From positions 1-64,000 of the forward strand of contig JAUCBJ010005191.1 of assembly GCA_032718475.1 (NCBI GenBank): DNA of 64,000 nt, given 5' to 3'. This stretch comes from Nemertoderma westbladi (Eukaryota > Animalia > Xenacoelomorpha). Both the position numbers and the translations under genes were made by a program. The number at the start of each line of letters is the position of its first letter. Within the stretch, counting starts at the first letter, position 1. Of the stretch, positions 22,454 to 35,754 are shown in pieces. The notes under the pieces were generated by a model. That model saw nothing but the letters and a program-made list of their open reading frames with translations. It was not told where the DNA came from and did no database searches.

Positions 22454-25400
22454 GTAAGGGTAGAGTTAGGTAAGGGTAGAGTTAGGTAAGGGTAGAGTTA
22501 GGTAAGGGTAGAGTTAGGTAAGGATAGAGTTAGGTAAGGGTAGAGTTAGGTAAGGGTAGAGTTAGGTAAGGGTATAGTTAGGTAAGGATAGAGTTAGGTA
22601 AGGGTAGAGTTAGGTAAGGGTAGAGTTAGGTAAGGGTAGAGTTAGGTAAGGGTTGAGTTAGGTAAGGGTATAGTTAGGTAAGGGTAGAGTTAGGTAAGGG
22701 TAGAGTTAGGTAAGGGTAGAGTTAGGTAAGGGTAGAGTTAGGTAAGGGTAGAGTTAGGTAAGGGTTGAGTTAGGTAAGGGTATAGTTAGGTAAGGGTAGA
22801 GTTAGGTAAGGGTAGAGTTAGGTAAGGGTAGAGTTAGGTAAGGGTAGAGTTAGGTAAGGGTAGAGTTAGGTAAGGGTAGAGTTAGGTAAGTAGGTAAGGG
22901 TAGAGTTAGGTAAGGGTAGAGTTAGGTAAGGGTAGAGTTAGGTAAGGGTAGAGTTAGGTAAGGGTATAGTTAGGTAAGGATAGAGTTAGGTAAGGGTAGA
23001 GTTAGGTAAGGGTAGAGTTAGGTAAGGGTAGAGTTAGGTAAGGGTTGAGTTAGGTAAGGGTATAGTTAGGTAAGGGTAGAGTTAGGTAAGGGTAGAGTTA
23101 GGTAAGGGTAGAGTTAGGTAAGGGTAGAGTTAGGTAAGGGTAGAGTTAGGTAAGGGTAGAGTTAGGTAAGTAGGTAAGGGTAGAGTTAGGTAAGGGTAGA
23201 GTTAGGTAAGGGTAGAGTTAGGTAAGGGTAGAGTTAGGTAAGGGTATAGTTAGGTAAGGATAGAGTTAGGTAAGGGTAGAGTTAGGTAAGGGTAGAGTTA
23301 GGTAAGGGTAGAGTTAGGTAAGGGTTGAGTTAGGTAAGGGTATAGTTAGGTAAGGGTAGAGTTAGGTAAGGGTAGAGTGGTAGGTAGAGTAGGTAAGGGT
23401 AGAGTTAGGTAAGGGTAGAGTTAGGTAAGGGTTGAGTTAGGTAAGGGTATAGTTAGGTAAGGGTAGAGTTAGGTAAGGGTAGAGTTAGGTAAGGGTAGAG
23501 TTAGGTAAGGGTAGAGTTAGGTAAGGGTAGAGTTAGGTAAGGAGGTAAGGGTAGAGTTAGGTAAGGGTAGAGTTAGGTAAGGGTAGAGTTAGGTAAGGGT
23601 AGAGTTAGGTAAGGGTAGAGTTAGGTAAGGGTAGAGTTAGGTAAGTAGGTAAGGGTAGAGTTAGGTAAGGGTAGAGTTAGGTAAGGGTAGAGTTAGGTAA
23701 GGGTAGAGTTAGGTAAGGGTAGAGTTAGGTAAGGGTAGAGTTAGGTAAGGGTAGAGTTAGGTAAGTAGGTAAGGGTAGAGTTAGGTAAGGGTATAGTTAG
23801 GTAAGGGTAGAGTTAGGTAAGGGTAGAGTTAGGTAAGGGTAGAGTTAGGTAAGGGTAGAGTTAGGTAAGGGTAGAGTTAGGTAAGTAGGTAAGGGTAGAG
23901 TTAGGTAAGGGTAGAGTTAGGTAAGGGTAGAGTTAGGTAAGGGTAGAGTTAGGTAAGGGTAGAGTTAGGTAAGGGTAGAGTTAGGTAAGGGTAGAGTTAG
24001 GTAAGTAGGTAAGGGTAGAGTTAGGTAAGGGTAGAGTTAGGTAAGGGTAGAGTTAGGTAAGGGTAGAGTTAGGTAAGGGTAGAGTTAGGTAAGTAGGTAA
24101 GGGTAGAGTTAGGTAAGGGTAGAGTTAGGTAAGGGTAGAGTTAGGTAAGGGTAGAGTTAGGTAAGGGTAGAGTTAGGTAAGGGTAGAGTTAGGTAAGGGT
24201 AGAGTTAGGTAAGGGTAGAGTTAGGTAAGGGTAGAGTTAGGTAAGGGTAGAGTTAGGTAAGGGTAGAGTTAGGTAAGGGTAGAGTTAGGTAAGGGTAGAG
24301 TTAGGTAAGGGTAGAGTTAGGTAAGGGTAGAGTTAGGTAAGGGTAGAGTTAGGTAAGGGTAGAGTTAGGTAAGGGTAGAGTTAGGTAAGGGTAGAGTTAG
24401 GTAAGGGTAGAGTTAGGTAAGGGTAGAGTTAGGTAAGGGTAGAGTTAGGTAAGGATAGAGTTAGGTAAGGGTAGAGTTAGGTAAGGGTAGAGTTAGGTAA
24501 GTAGGTAAGGGTAGAGTTAGGTAAGGGTAGAGTTAGGTAAGGGTAGAGTTAGGTAAGGGTAGAGTTAGGTAAGGGTAGAGTTAGGTAAGGGTAGAGTTAG
24601 GTAAGGGTAGAGTTAGGTAAGGGTAGAGTTAGGTAAGGGTAGAGTTAGGTAAGGGTAGAGTTAGGTAAGGGTAGAGTTAGGTAAGGGTAGAGTTAGGTAA
24701 GGGTAGAGTTAGGTAAGGGTAGAGTTAGGTAAGGGTAGAGTTAGGTAAGGGTAGAGTTAGGTAAGGGTAGAGTTAGGTAAGGGTAGAGTTAGGTAAGGGT
24801 AGAGTTAGGTAAGGGTAGAGTTAGGTAAGGGTAGAGTTAGGTAAGGGTAGAGTTAGGTAAGGGTAGAGTTAGGTAAGGGTAGAGTTAGGTAAGGGTAGAG
24901 TTAGGTAAGGGTAGAGTTAGGTAGTAGGTAAGGGTAGAGTTAGGTAAGGGTAGAGTTAGGTAAGGGTAGAGTTAGGTAAGGGTAGAGTTAGGTAAGGGTA
25001 GAGTTAGGTAAGGGTAGAGTTAGGTAAGTAGGTAAGGGTAGAGTTAGGTAAGGGTAGAGTTAGGTAAGGGTAGAGTTAGGTAAGGGTAGAGTTAGGTAAG
25101 GGTAGAGTTAGGTAAGGGTAGAGTTAGGTAAGGGTAGAGTTAGGTAAGGGTAGAGTTAGGTAAGGGTAGAGTTAGGTAAGGGTAGAGTTAGGTAAGGGTA
25201 GAGTTAGGTAAGGGTAGAGTTAGGTAAGGGTAGAGTTAGGTAAGGGTAGAGTTAGGTAAGGGTAGAGTTAGGTAAGGGTAGAGTTAGGTAAGGGTAGAGT
25301 TAGGTAAGGGTAGAGTTAGGTAAGGGTAGAGTTAGGTAAGGGTAGAGTTAGGTAAGGGTAGAGTTAGGTAAGGGTAGAGTTAGGTAAGGGTAGAGTTAGG

Positions 25401-28166
25401 TAAGGGTAGAGTTAGGTAAGTAGGTAAGGGTAGAGTTAGGTAAGGGTAGAGTTAGGTAAGGGTAGAGTTAGGTAAGGGTAGAGTTAGGTAAGGGTAGAGT
25501 TAGGTAAGGGTAGAGTTAGGTAAGGGTAGAGTTAGGTAAGGGTAGAGTTAGGTAAGGGTAGAGTTAGGTAAGGGTAGAGTTAGGTAAGGGTAGAGTTAGG
25601 TAAGGGTAGAGTTAGGTAAGGGTAGAGTTAGGTAAGGGTAGAGTTAGGTAAGGGTAGAGTTAGGTAAGGGTAGAGTTAGGTAAGGGTAGAGTTAGGTAAG
25701 GGTAGAGTTAGGTAAGTAGGTAAGGGTAGAGTTAGGTAAGGGTAGAGTTAGGTAAGGGTAGAGTTAGGTAAGGGTAGAGTTAGGTAAGGGTAGAGTTAGG
25801 TAAGGGTAGAGTTAGGTAAGGGTAGAGTTAGGTAAGGGTAGAGTTAGGTAAGGGTAGAGTTAGGTAAGGGTAGAGTTAGGTAAGGGTAGAGTTAGGTAAG
25901 GGTAGAGTTAGGTAAGGGTAGAGTTAGGTAAGGGTAGAGTTAGGTAAGGGTAGAGTTAGGTAAGGGTAGAGTTAGGTAAGGGTAGAGTTAGGTAAGGGTA
26001 GAGTTAGGTAAGGGTAGAGTTAGGTAAGGGTAGAGTTAGGTAAGGGTAGAGTTAGGTAAGGGTAGAGTTAGGTAAGGGTAGAGTTAGGTAAGGGTAGAGT
26101 TAGGTAAGGGTAGAGTTAGGTAAGGGTAGAGTTAGGTAAGGGTAGAGTTAGGTAAGGGTAGAGTTAGGTAAGGGTAGAGTTAGGTAAGTAGGTAAGGGTA
26201 GAGTTAGGTAAGGGTAGAGTTAGGTAAGGGTAGAGTTAGGTAAGGGTAGAGTTAGGTAAGGGTAGAGTTAGGTAAGGGTAGAGTTAGGTAAGGGTAGAGT
26301 TAGGTAAGGGTAGAGTTAGGTAAGGGTAGAGTTAGGTAAGGGTAGAGTTAGGTAAGGGTAGAGTTAGGTAAGGGTAGAGTTAGGTAAGGGTAGAGTTAGG
26401 TAAGGGTAGAGTTAGGTAAGGGTAGAGTTAGGTAAGGGTAGAGTTAGGTAAGGGTAGAGTTAGGTAAGGGTAGAGTTAGGTAAGGGTAGAGTTAGGTAAG
26501 GGTAGAGTTAGGTAAGGGTAGAGTTAGGTAAGGGTAGAGTTAGGTAAGGGTAGAGTTAGGTAAGGGTAGAGTTAGGTAAGGGTAGAGTTAGGTAAGGGTA
26601 GAGTTAGGTAAGGGTAGAGTTAGGTAAGGGTAGAGTTAGGTAAGGGTAGAGTTAGGTAAGGGTAGAGTTAGGTAAGGGTAGAGTTAGGTAAGGGTAGAGT
26701 TAGGTAAGGGTAGAGTTAGGTAAGGGTAGAGTTAGGTAAGGGTAGAGTTAGGTAAGGGTAGAGTTAGGTAAGGGTAGAGTTAGGTAAGGGTAGAGTTAGG
26801 TAAGTAGGTAAGGGTAGAGTTAGGTAAGGGTAGAGTTAGGTAAGGGTAGAGTTAGGTAAGGGTAGAGTTAGGTAAGGGTAGAGTTAGGTAAGGGTAGAGT
26901 TAGGTAAGGGTAGAGTTAGGTAAGGGTAGAGTTAGGTAAGGGTAGGTAGAGTTAGGTAAGGGTAGAGTTAGGTAAGGGTAGAGTTAGGTAAGGGTAGAGT
27001 TAGGTAAGGGTAGAGTTAGGTAAGGGTAGAGTTAGGTAAGGGTAGAGTTAGGTAAGGGTAGAGTTAGGTAAGGGTAGAGTTAGGTAAGGGTAGAGTTAGG
27101 TAAGGGTAGAGTTAGGTAAGGGTAGAGTTAGGTAAGGGTAGAGTTAGGTAAGGGTAGAGTTAGGTAAGGGTAGAGTTAGGTAAGGGTAGAGTTAGGTAAG
27201 GGTAGAGTTAGGTAAGTAGGTAAGGGTAGAGTTAGGTAAGGGTAGAGTTAGGTAAGGGTAGAGTTAGGTAAGGGTAGAGTTAGGTAAGGGTAGAGTTAGG
27301 TAAGGGTAGAGTTAGGTAAGGGTAGAGTTAGGTAAGGGTAGAGTTAGGTAAGGGTAGAGTTAGGTAAGGGTAGAGTTAGGTAAGGGTAGAGTTAGGTAAG
27401 GGTAGAGTTAGGTAAGGGTAGAGTAGGAGTAGGTAAGGGTAGAGTTAGGTAAGGGTAGAGTTAGGTAAGGGTAGAGTTAGGTAAGGGTAGAGTTAGGTAA
27501 GTAGGTAAGGGTAGAGTTAGGTAAGGGTAGAGTTAGGTAAGGGTAGAGTTAGGTAAGGGTAGAGTTAGGTAAGGGTAGAGTTAGGTAAGGGTAGAGTCAG
27601 GTAAGGGTAGAGTTAGGTAAGGGTAGAGTTAGGTAAGGGTAGAGTTAGGTAAGGGTAGAGTTAGGTAAGGGTAGAGTTAGGTAAGGGTAGAGTTAGGTAA
27701 GGATAGAGTTAGGTAAGGGTAGAGTTAGGTAAGGGTAGAGTTAGGTAAGGGTAGAGTTAGGTAAGGGTAGAGTTAGGTAAGGGTAGAGTTAGGTAAGGGT
27801 AGAGTTAGGTAAGAGTAGAGTTAGGTAAGGGTAGAGTTAGGAAGGGTAGAGTTAGGTAAGGGTAGAGTTAGGTAAGGGTAGAGTTAGGTAAGGGTAGAGT
27901 TAGGTAAGGGTAGAGTTAGGTAAGGGTAGAGTTAGGTAAGGGTAGAGTCAGGTAAGGATAGAGTTAGGTAAGGGTAGAGTTAGGTAAGGGTAGAGTTAGG
28001 TAAGGGTAGAGTTAGGTAAGGGTAGAGTTAGGTAAGGGTAGAGTTAGGTAAGGGTAGAGTTAGGTAAGGGTAGAGTTAGGTAAGAGTAGAGTTAGGTAAG
28101 GGTAGAGTTAGGTAAGGGTAGAGTTAGGTAAGGGTAGAGTTAGGTAATTGTAGAGTTAGGTAAGGA
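22445..28166 (+). repeat. 16-bp satellite (about 350 copies) whose unit is the exon/intron junction of ARFGEF3
   Basis: Unit tagagttag|gtaaggg. The first unit overlaps the last 9 nt of exon 22299-22453, and the array fills nearly the whole last intron. Confidence 0.98.
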
Positions 28167-28294
28167 TTAGTTAGTTAATTAATTAGTTAGGCATTACTTA
28201 TTAACAGACAAACGACTAAATGTTACAGATATCAGCCAGTTATTATTTCTATTACTGTTTTCGTTATTAGGTAATACACATTTGTTTATTGCAG

Positions 28295-28550
28295 ACAACA
28301 AGAAATTAACCGACAACAGCGGGTCAGTATAGTAGAAGACTCAGACGCCAGACAGCAGGCCTGGTCCGAGATGCTGCTCACCTACCTACAGTCCACCAAC
28401 GATCTACCGATTCACTTACATAAGACCTTACTTCCTATTATATTCCCGTGTTTGATTCAACTGGTTTGTCATGTTACTGACCCTGTGGTCCGGCGTTGTC
28501 TATATGATTGGCTAGCCACGGTCGCCGCCATCTATCACATTGTATCTTAA
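28295..28550 (+). CDS. ARFGEF3: ARFGEF3/BIG3 terminal coding exon
   Basis: Splice site ttattgcag|A. Encodes QQEINRQQRVSIVEDSDARQQAWSEMLLTYLQ...LLPIIFPCLIQLVCHVTDPVVRRCLYDWLATVAAIYHIVS* (compare the BIG3 C-terminus DAEAQIQAW...PAVFPCISQLTCHVTDIRVRQAVREWL). Confidence 0.93.
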
Positions 28551-28600
28551 CTCTGTCTCGATCGGTTAGCCAACATTTATTAAAACAATTTTTGTTTGCA

Positions 28601-28606
28601 AATAAA
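28601..28606 (+). promoter_or_regulatory. Polyadenylation signal of ARFGEF3
   Basis: AATAAA about 50 nt after the stop codon. Confidence 0.55.
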
Positions 28607-28677
28607 CGTTCTTATACATTCCAAATTTATTAACTTCATTAACTTAAACTCATACCGAGTGTATTAATATTTTGGTA

Positions 28678-28863
28678 AATTACAACCAGATGGAACATAC
28701 GTATGTTTAATTACAACCAGATGGAACATACGTATGTCTAATTACAACCAGATGGAACATACGTATGTTTAATTACAACCAGATGGAACATACGTATGTT
28801 TAATTACAACCAGATGGAACATACGTATGTTTAATTACAACCAGATGGAACATACGTATGTTT
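28678..28863. repeat. 31-bp tandem repeat, 6 copies
   Basis: Unit aattacaaccagatggaacatacgtatgttt, containing the palindrome aacatacgtatgtt. Confidence 0.95.
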
Positions 28864-29364
28864 AAGTTTTTTTGTTTATCTGTTTTCTGTGTATGAGTAT
28901 GTTTTTATGTTTTGGTTGCAATGATTTAAGTCAATAATATTTTAGAATAATTATTATATCTCTATTTAGTTAGAACTAATAAGATTTTTGTGTGACAGGG
29001 TTTTTACGTTTGTATATTTTATCCTGGTTCACTATTATATTGATGCATTTACTTTATTACAGTTTCTACTATTTTAACCAAATAATGTATTTCCCGGACT
29101 TTGCAGTATTCCACTTTACGGTGCTGGTAGTTGTATAAAGCAGTTTTTTTAGCAATTTTGTTTCGTATGAGGCCGATAGAGTTATTATTTATTTATAAAC
29201 AGCGGTACATTTATTTGATTATTTGATTCACCAGGTATTTTTTAACGTTTGTTTTATTTTCCCCTCCAATATTCATTGTTCATCTATTAATACAGGTAAT
29301 CCAAGTTATCCCAGTATCGTTGCATCTCATTATCTTATTGATATTTTATTTATATTCATTAAAT

Positions 29365-32300
29365 GGAACCACCGAACCGGATATTGTTTGAATGACTTTA
29401 TAGACTCCCACTCCAGGGTGTGATCGGAACCACCGAACCGGTTATTGTTTGAATGACTTTATAGACTCCCACTCCAGGGTGTGATCGGAACCACCGAACC
29501 GGTTATTGTTTGAATGACTTTATAGACTCCCACTCCAGGGTGTGATCGGAACCACCGAACCGGTTATTGTTTGAATGACTTTATAGACTCCCACTCCAGG
29601 GTGTGATCGGAACCACCGAACCGGTTATTGTTTGAATGACTTTATAGACTCCCACTCCAGGGTGTGATCGGAACCACCGAACCGGTTATTGTTTGAATGA
29701 CTTTATAGACTCCCACTCCAGGGTGTGATCGGAACCACCGAACCGGTTATTGTTTGAATGACTTTATAGACTCCCACTCCAGGGTGTGATCGGAACCACC
29801 GAACCGGTTATTGTTTGAATGACTTTATAGACTCCCACTCCAGGGTGTGATCGGAACCACCGAACCGGTTATTGTTTGAATGACTTTATAGACTCCCACT
29901 CCAGGGTGTGATCGGAACCACCGAACCGGTTATTGTTTGAATGACTTTATAGACTCCCACTCCAGGGTGTGATCGGAACCACCGAACCGGTTATTGTTTG
30001 AATGACTTTATAGACTCCCACTCCAGGGTGTGATCGGAACCACCGAACCGGTTATTGTTTGAATGACTTTATAGACTCCCACTCCAGGGTGTGATCGGAA
30101 CCACCGAACCGGTTATTGTTTGAATGACTTTATAGACTCCCACTCCAGGGTGTGATCGGAACCACCGAACCGGTTATTGTTTGAATGACTTTATAGACTC
30201 CCACTCCAGGGTGTGATCGGAACCACCGAACCGGTTATTGTTTGAATGACTTTATAGACTCCCACTCCAGGGTGTGATCGGAACCACCGAACCGGTTATT
30301 GTTTGAATGACTTTATAGACTCCCACTCCAGGGTGTGATCGGAACCACCGAACCGGTTATTGTTTGAATGACTTTATAGACTCCCACTCCAGGGTGTGAT
30401 CGGAACCACCGAACCGGTTATTGTTTGAATGACTTTATAGACTCCCACTCCAGGGTGTGATCGGAACCACCGAACCGGTTATTGTTTGAATGACTTTATA
30501 GACTCCCACTCCAGGGTGTAATCGGAACCACCGAACCGGTTATTGTTTGAATGACTTTATAGACTCCCACTCCAGGGTGTGATCGGAACCACCGAACCGG
30601 TTATTGTTTGAATGACTTTATAGACTCCCACTCCAGGGTGTGATCGGAACCACCGAACCGGTTATTGTTTGAATGACTTTATAGACTCCCACTCCAGGGT
30701 GTGATCGGAACCACCGAACCGGTTATTGTTTGAATGACTTTATAGACTCCCACTCCAGGGTGTGATCGGAACCACCGAACCGGTTATTGTTTGAATGACT
30801 TTATAGACTCCCACTCCAGGGTGTGATCGGAACCACCGAACCGGTTATTGTTTGAATGACTTTATAGACTCCCACTCCAGGGTGTGATCGGAACCACCGA
30901 ACCGGTTATTGTTTGAATGACTTTATAGACTCCCACTCCAGGGTGTGATCGGAACCACCGAACCGGTTATTGTTTGAATGACTTTATAGACTCCCACTCC
31001 AGGGTGTAATCGGAACCACCGAACCGGTTATTGTTTGAATGACTTTATAGACTCCCACTCCAGGGTGTGATCGGAACCACCGAACCGGTTATTGTTTGAA
31101 TGACTTTATAGACTCCCACTCCAGGGTGTGATCGGAACCACCGAACCGGTTATTGTTTGAATGACTTTATAGACTCCCACTCCAGGGTGTGATCGGAACC
31201 ACCGAACCGGTTATTGTTTGAATGACTTTATAGACTCCCACTCCAGGGTGTGATCGGAACCACCGAACCGGTTATTGTTTGAATGACTTTATAGACTCCC
31301 ACTCCAGGGTGTGATCGGAACCACCGAACCGGTTATTGTTTGAATGACTTTATAGACTCCCACTCCAGGGTGTGATCGGAACCACCGAACCGGTTATTGT
31401 TTGAATGACTTTATAGACTCCCACTCCAGGGTGTGATCGGAACCACCGAACCGGTTATTGTTTGAATGACTTTATAGACTCCCACTCCAGGGTGTGATCG
31501 GAACCACCGAACCGGTTATTGTTTGAATGACTTTATAGACTCCCACTCCAGGGTGTGATCGGAACCACCGAACCGGTTATTGTTTGAATGACTTTATAGA
31601 CTCCCACTCCAGGGTGTGATCGGAACCACCGAACCGGTTATTGTTTGAATGACTTTATAGACTCCCACTCCAGGGTGTGATCGGAACCACCGAACCGGTT
31701 ATTGTTTGAATGACTTTATAGACTCCCACTCCAGGGTGTGATCGGAACCACCGAACCGGTTATTGTTTGAATGACTTTATAGACTCCCACTCCAGGGTGT
31801 GATCGGAACCACCGAACCGGTTATTGTTTGAATGACTTTATAGACTCCCACTCCAGGGTGTGATCGGAACCACCGAACCGGTTATTGTTTGAATGACTTT
31901 ATAGACTCCCACTCCAGGGTGTGATCGGAACCACCGAACCGGTTATTGTTTGAATGACTTTATAGACTCCCACTCCAGGGTGTGATCGGAACCACCGAAC
32001 CGGTTATTGTTTGAATGACTTTATAGACTCCCACTCCAGGGTGTGATCGGAACCACCGAACCGGTTATTGTTTGAATGACTTTATAGACTCCCACTCCAG
32101 GGTGTGATCGGAACCACCGAACCGGTTATTGTTTGAATGACTTTATAGACTCCCACTCCAGGGTGTGATCGGAACCACCGAACCGGTTATTGTTTGAATG
32201 ACTTTATAGACTCCCACTCCAGGGTGTGATCGGAACCACCGAACCGGTTATTGTTTGAATGACTTTATAGACTCCCACTCCAGGGTGTGATCGGAACCAC

Positions 32301-33817
32301 CGAACCGGTTATTGTTTGAATGACTTTATAGACTCCCACTCCAGGGTGTGATCGGAACCACCGAACCGGTTATTGTTTGAATGACTTTATAGACTCCCAC
32401 TCCAGGGTGTGATCGGAACCACCGAACCGGTTATTGTTTGAATGACTTTATAGACTCCCACTCCAGGGTGTGATCGGAACCACCGAACCGGTTATTGTTT
32501 GAATGACTTTATAGACTCCCACTCCAGGGTGTGATCGGAACCACCGAACCGGTTATTGTTTGAATGACTTTATAGACTCCCACTCCAGGGTGTGATCGGA
32601 ACCACCGAACCGGTTATTGTTTGAATGACTTTATAGACTCCCACTCCAGGGTGTGATCGGAACCACCGAACCGGTTATTGTTTGAATGACTTTATAGACT
32701 CCCACTCCAGGGTGTGATCGGAACCACCGAACCGGTTATTGTTTGAATGACTTTATAGACTCCCACTCCAGGGTGTGATCGGAACCACCGAACCGGTTAT
32801 TGTTTGAATGACTTTATAGACTCCCACTCCAGGGTGTAATCGGAACCACCGAACCGGTTATTGTTTGAATGACTTTATAGACTCCCACTCCAGGGTGTGA
32901 TCGGAACCACCGAACCGGTTATTGTTTGAATGACTTTATAGACTCCCACTCCAGGGTGTAATCGGAACCACCGAACCGGTTATTGTTTGAATGACTTTAT
33001 AGACTCCCACTCCAGGGTGTAATCGGAACCACCGAACCGGTTATTGTTTGAATGACTTTATAGACTCCCACTCCAGGGTGTGATCGGAACCACCGAACCG
33101 GTTATTGTTTGAATGACTTTATAGACTCCCACTCCAGGGTGTGATCGGAACCACCGAACCGGATATTGTTTGAATGACTTTATAGACTCCCACTCCAGGG
33201 TGTAATCGGAACCACCGAACCGGTTATTGTTTGAATGACTTTATAGACTCCCACTCCAGGGTGTGATCGGAACCACCGAACCGGTTATTGTTTGAATGAC
33301 TTTATAGACTCCCACTCCAGGGTGTAATCGGAACCACCGAACCGGTTATTGTTTCAATGACTTTATAGACTCCCACTCCAGGGTGTAATCGGAACCACCG
33401 AACCGGATATTGTTTGAATGACTTTATAGACTCCCACTCCAGGGTGTAATCGGAACCACCGAACCGGATATTGTTTGAATGACTTTATAGACTCCCACTC
33501 CAGGGTGTAATCGGAACCACCGAACCGGTTATTGTTTCAATGACTTTATAGACTCCCACTCCAGGGTGTAATCGGAACCACCGAACCGGATATTGTTTGA
33601 ATGACTTTATAGACTCCCACTCCAGGGTGTAATCGGAACCACCGAACCGGTTATTGTTTCAATGACTTTATAGACTCCCACTCCAGGGTGTAATCGGAAC
33701 CACCGAACCGGATATTGTTTGAATGACTTTATAGACTCCCACTCCAGGGTGTAATCGGAACCACCGAACCGGTTATTGTTTCAATGACTTTATAGACTCC
33801 CACTCCAGGGTGTAATC
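29365..33817. repeat. Highly homogeneous 61-bp satellite, about 73 copies
   Basis: Unit ggaaccaccgaaccggttattgtttgaatgactttatagactcccactccagggtgtgatc. Variants are concentrated at the right end. Confidence 0.98.
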
Positions 33818-34094
33818 TATTAGATTAAAGGGTGGAGCCTTTCTATTAGTTGGCAACTACCATTTATTGTAACGGAGGTAGAGGATGTATTGTCGTTAAT
33901 ATTTTTTAACCTTTTAACTTTTATTCAACTATCTTCAGTCTTTTAAGTCTAATATACTAGTAAAATAATTTCAACATTAGTTAACTCCACTATTTACAGG
34001 TCATTATTATAATATTAGCACGTCATAATATTGAGTCATTTGGAATTCGATGGATTCTACTAGGCAAGAACTGATGTTAATTGTTATATTCTGA

Positions 34095-34386
34095 GTGTGC
34101 TGATTGCTTTTCAGTGTGCTGATTGCTTTTCAGTGTGCTGATTGCTTTTCAGTGTGCTGATTGCTTTTCAGTGTGCTGATTGCTTTTCAGTGTGCTGATT
34201 GCTTTTCAGTGTGCTGATTGCTTTTCAGTGTGCTGATTGCTTTTCAGTGTGCTGATTGCTTTTCAGTGTGCTGATTGCTTTTCAGTGTGCTGATTGCTTT
34301 TCAGTGTGCTGATTGCTTTTCAGTGTGCTGATTGCTTTTCAGTGTGCTGATTGCTTTTCAGTGTGCTGATTGCTTTTCAGTGTGCT
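34095..34386. repeat. 19-bp tandem repeat, about 15 copies
   Basis: Unit agtgtgctgattgcttttc. Confidence 0.96.
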
Positions 34387-34708
34387 TATTTCTTTTGATT
34401 ATTTTAGTATAATATATGCTTATAGTTGTTTGTTCTAATTAAGTACAAAAACGGTAACATTAGCATTTATTCAGTTTTCGCTTTGTAACATTAAAATATT
34501 GAAATTAAACTTCATACATACTTGCAAAGTATTTTATAGTGTTATGATTTATATCTGCCTTTTATTGGCGTTATTAATTGATCAAGGTCAAGGGGTTTTA
34601 GTGTTACAATTAAGGATGTCTTATGTTGGCTCTTACGTGTTACTGTCTCCCAACAGTTGAGGATAAAGATAAACATTGTTTATTGAAACGTCTGCAATAC
34701 ACTATGAC

Positions 34709-35692
34709 ACTACTACTAGGATCGGCATGCTGCATTGCAGCTGCATTTTTAAGAATGATATGCCGGCTTGTCGACAAAATTGCGCCGCCACAACTCCTTA
34801 TCACCCATGACATTTGCTAGATCATCCGCATCTTCAAGGCCAGTGTCCTTTAAGATGCGTCTCAAGAAAGTCATGGGCTGTCCACCATGCTTATTCACTC
34901 CATGAGGCTGCTAAAGTACAAGATTATGCACTGGCTGGTCCTCACGGCGAAAGCAATGTCCTGCAAAGCGGAGGCGATTTTGTTCTAGTGTCAAGCTTGG
35001 GGGAACCAATGAGACACCTCCAATGTTATATAGTGTCTGGTTGGAGATGTGTGCATTGTACTTGACACAATGAACCCGGCGTAGCATTCTTGTGAATGTG
35101 CCATCCAGAGATTTGGTGTCCTCAGCAGTTAGAGCCCAGCATGGACTCCCATAGAGGAGTACTGGAACTACTGCTGCTCTAAATAATCGGATCTTAAGTT
35201 TCCGATTAATTCTCGGTGACTTCCAAATCCTGGAAAGCCTATTCAAGGCTGTCCATGCCTTTCCCTTACGTATTTGAAGGTCCTCTGTCAAAATTTTGGT
35301 CTTTCTGGAGTTAATAAAAAGACCAACACTAGAAGCAGCATGTTCTAATGAGCTGAGGAGCCGTTGGGCTCCCTCTAATGATTCTGAGAGTACTCCTAAG
35401 TCATCAGCAAAGTCTAGATCAGTTAGGTACTTGGCAGGATTTCCTCGACTTCTGGAGCCAGTAGGTGGAGTTATCATCACCCCATCATCATTATGATGAT
35501 CTAAGGACATGCGTAGAACATAGTCAACCACAATTATGAACAAGAATGGTGCAAGTGTGTCTCCTGGAGGACGCCCCATAACACTTCGAATGGTTCTGTG
35601 TCACCGTCAACAGTAGACACAAATGTTGTCGAACCATCGTATACTGATCTGATTGCTGCAATAATTTCATCAGGAATCCCATATAATGAAAG
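34709..35692 (-). mobile_element. 5'-truncated, decayed RTE-like LINE (part of the RT domain to the 3' tail)
   Basis: Minus strand reads LSLYGIPDEIIAAIRSVY...GVLQ/GDTLAPFLFIIVVDYV (frameshifted)...LTDLDFADDL (RT catalytic motif)...GLFINSRKTK...RFAGHCFRR. The (TAG)n tail is at about 34709-34719. The usual KYLG segment is missing. Confidence 0.9.
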
Positions 35693-35754
35693 TACTACTA
35701 TAAACCACTATAACACCTTTTGTGGCTGAAAGTCCTTACACCATTGTTTTTTCT

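Noticed and set aside
22445-28166. Interstitial telomeric repeat (contains TTAGG and TAAGGG)
   Set aside because: The period is 16 bp rather than 5-6 bp, and the first unit is continuous with coding sequence (D-R-V-R), which points to a local origin from the splice junction.
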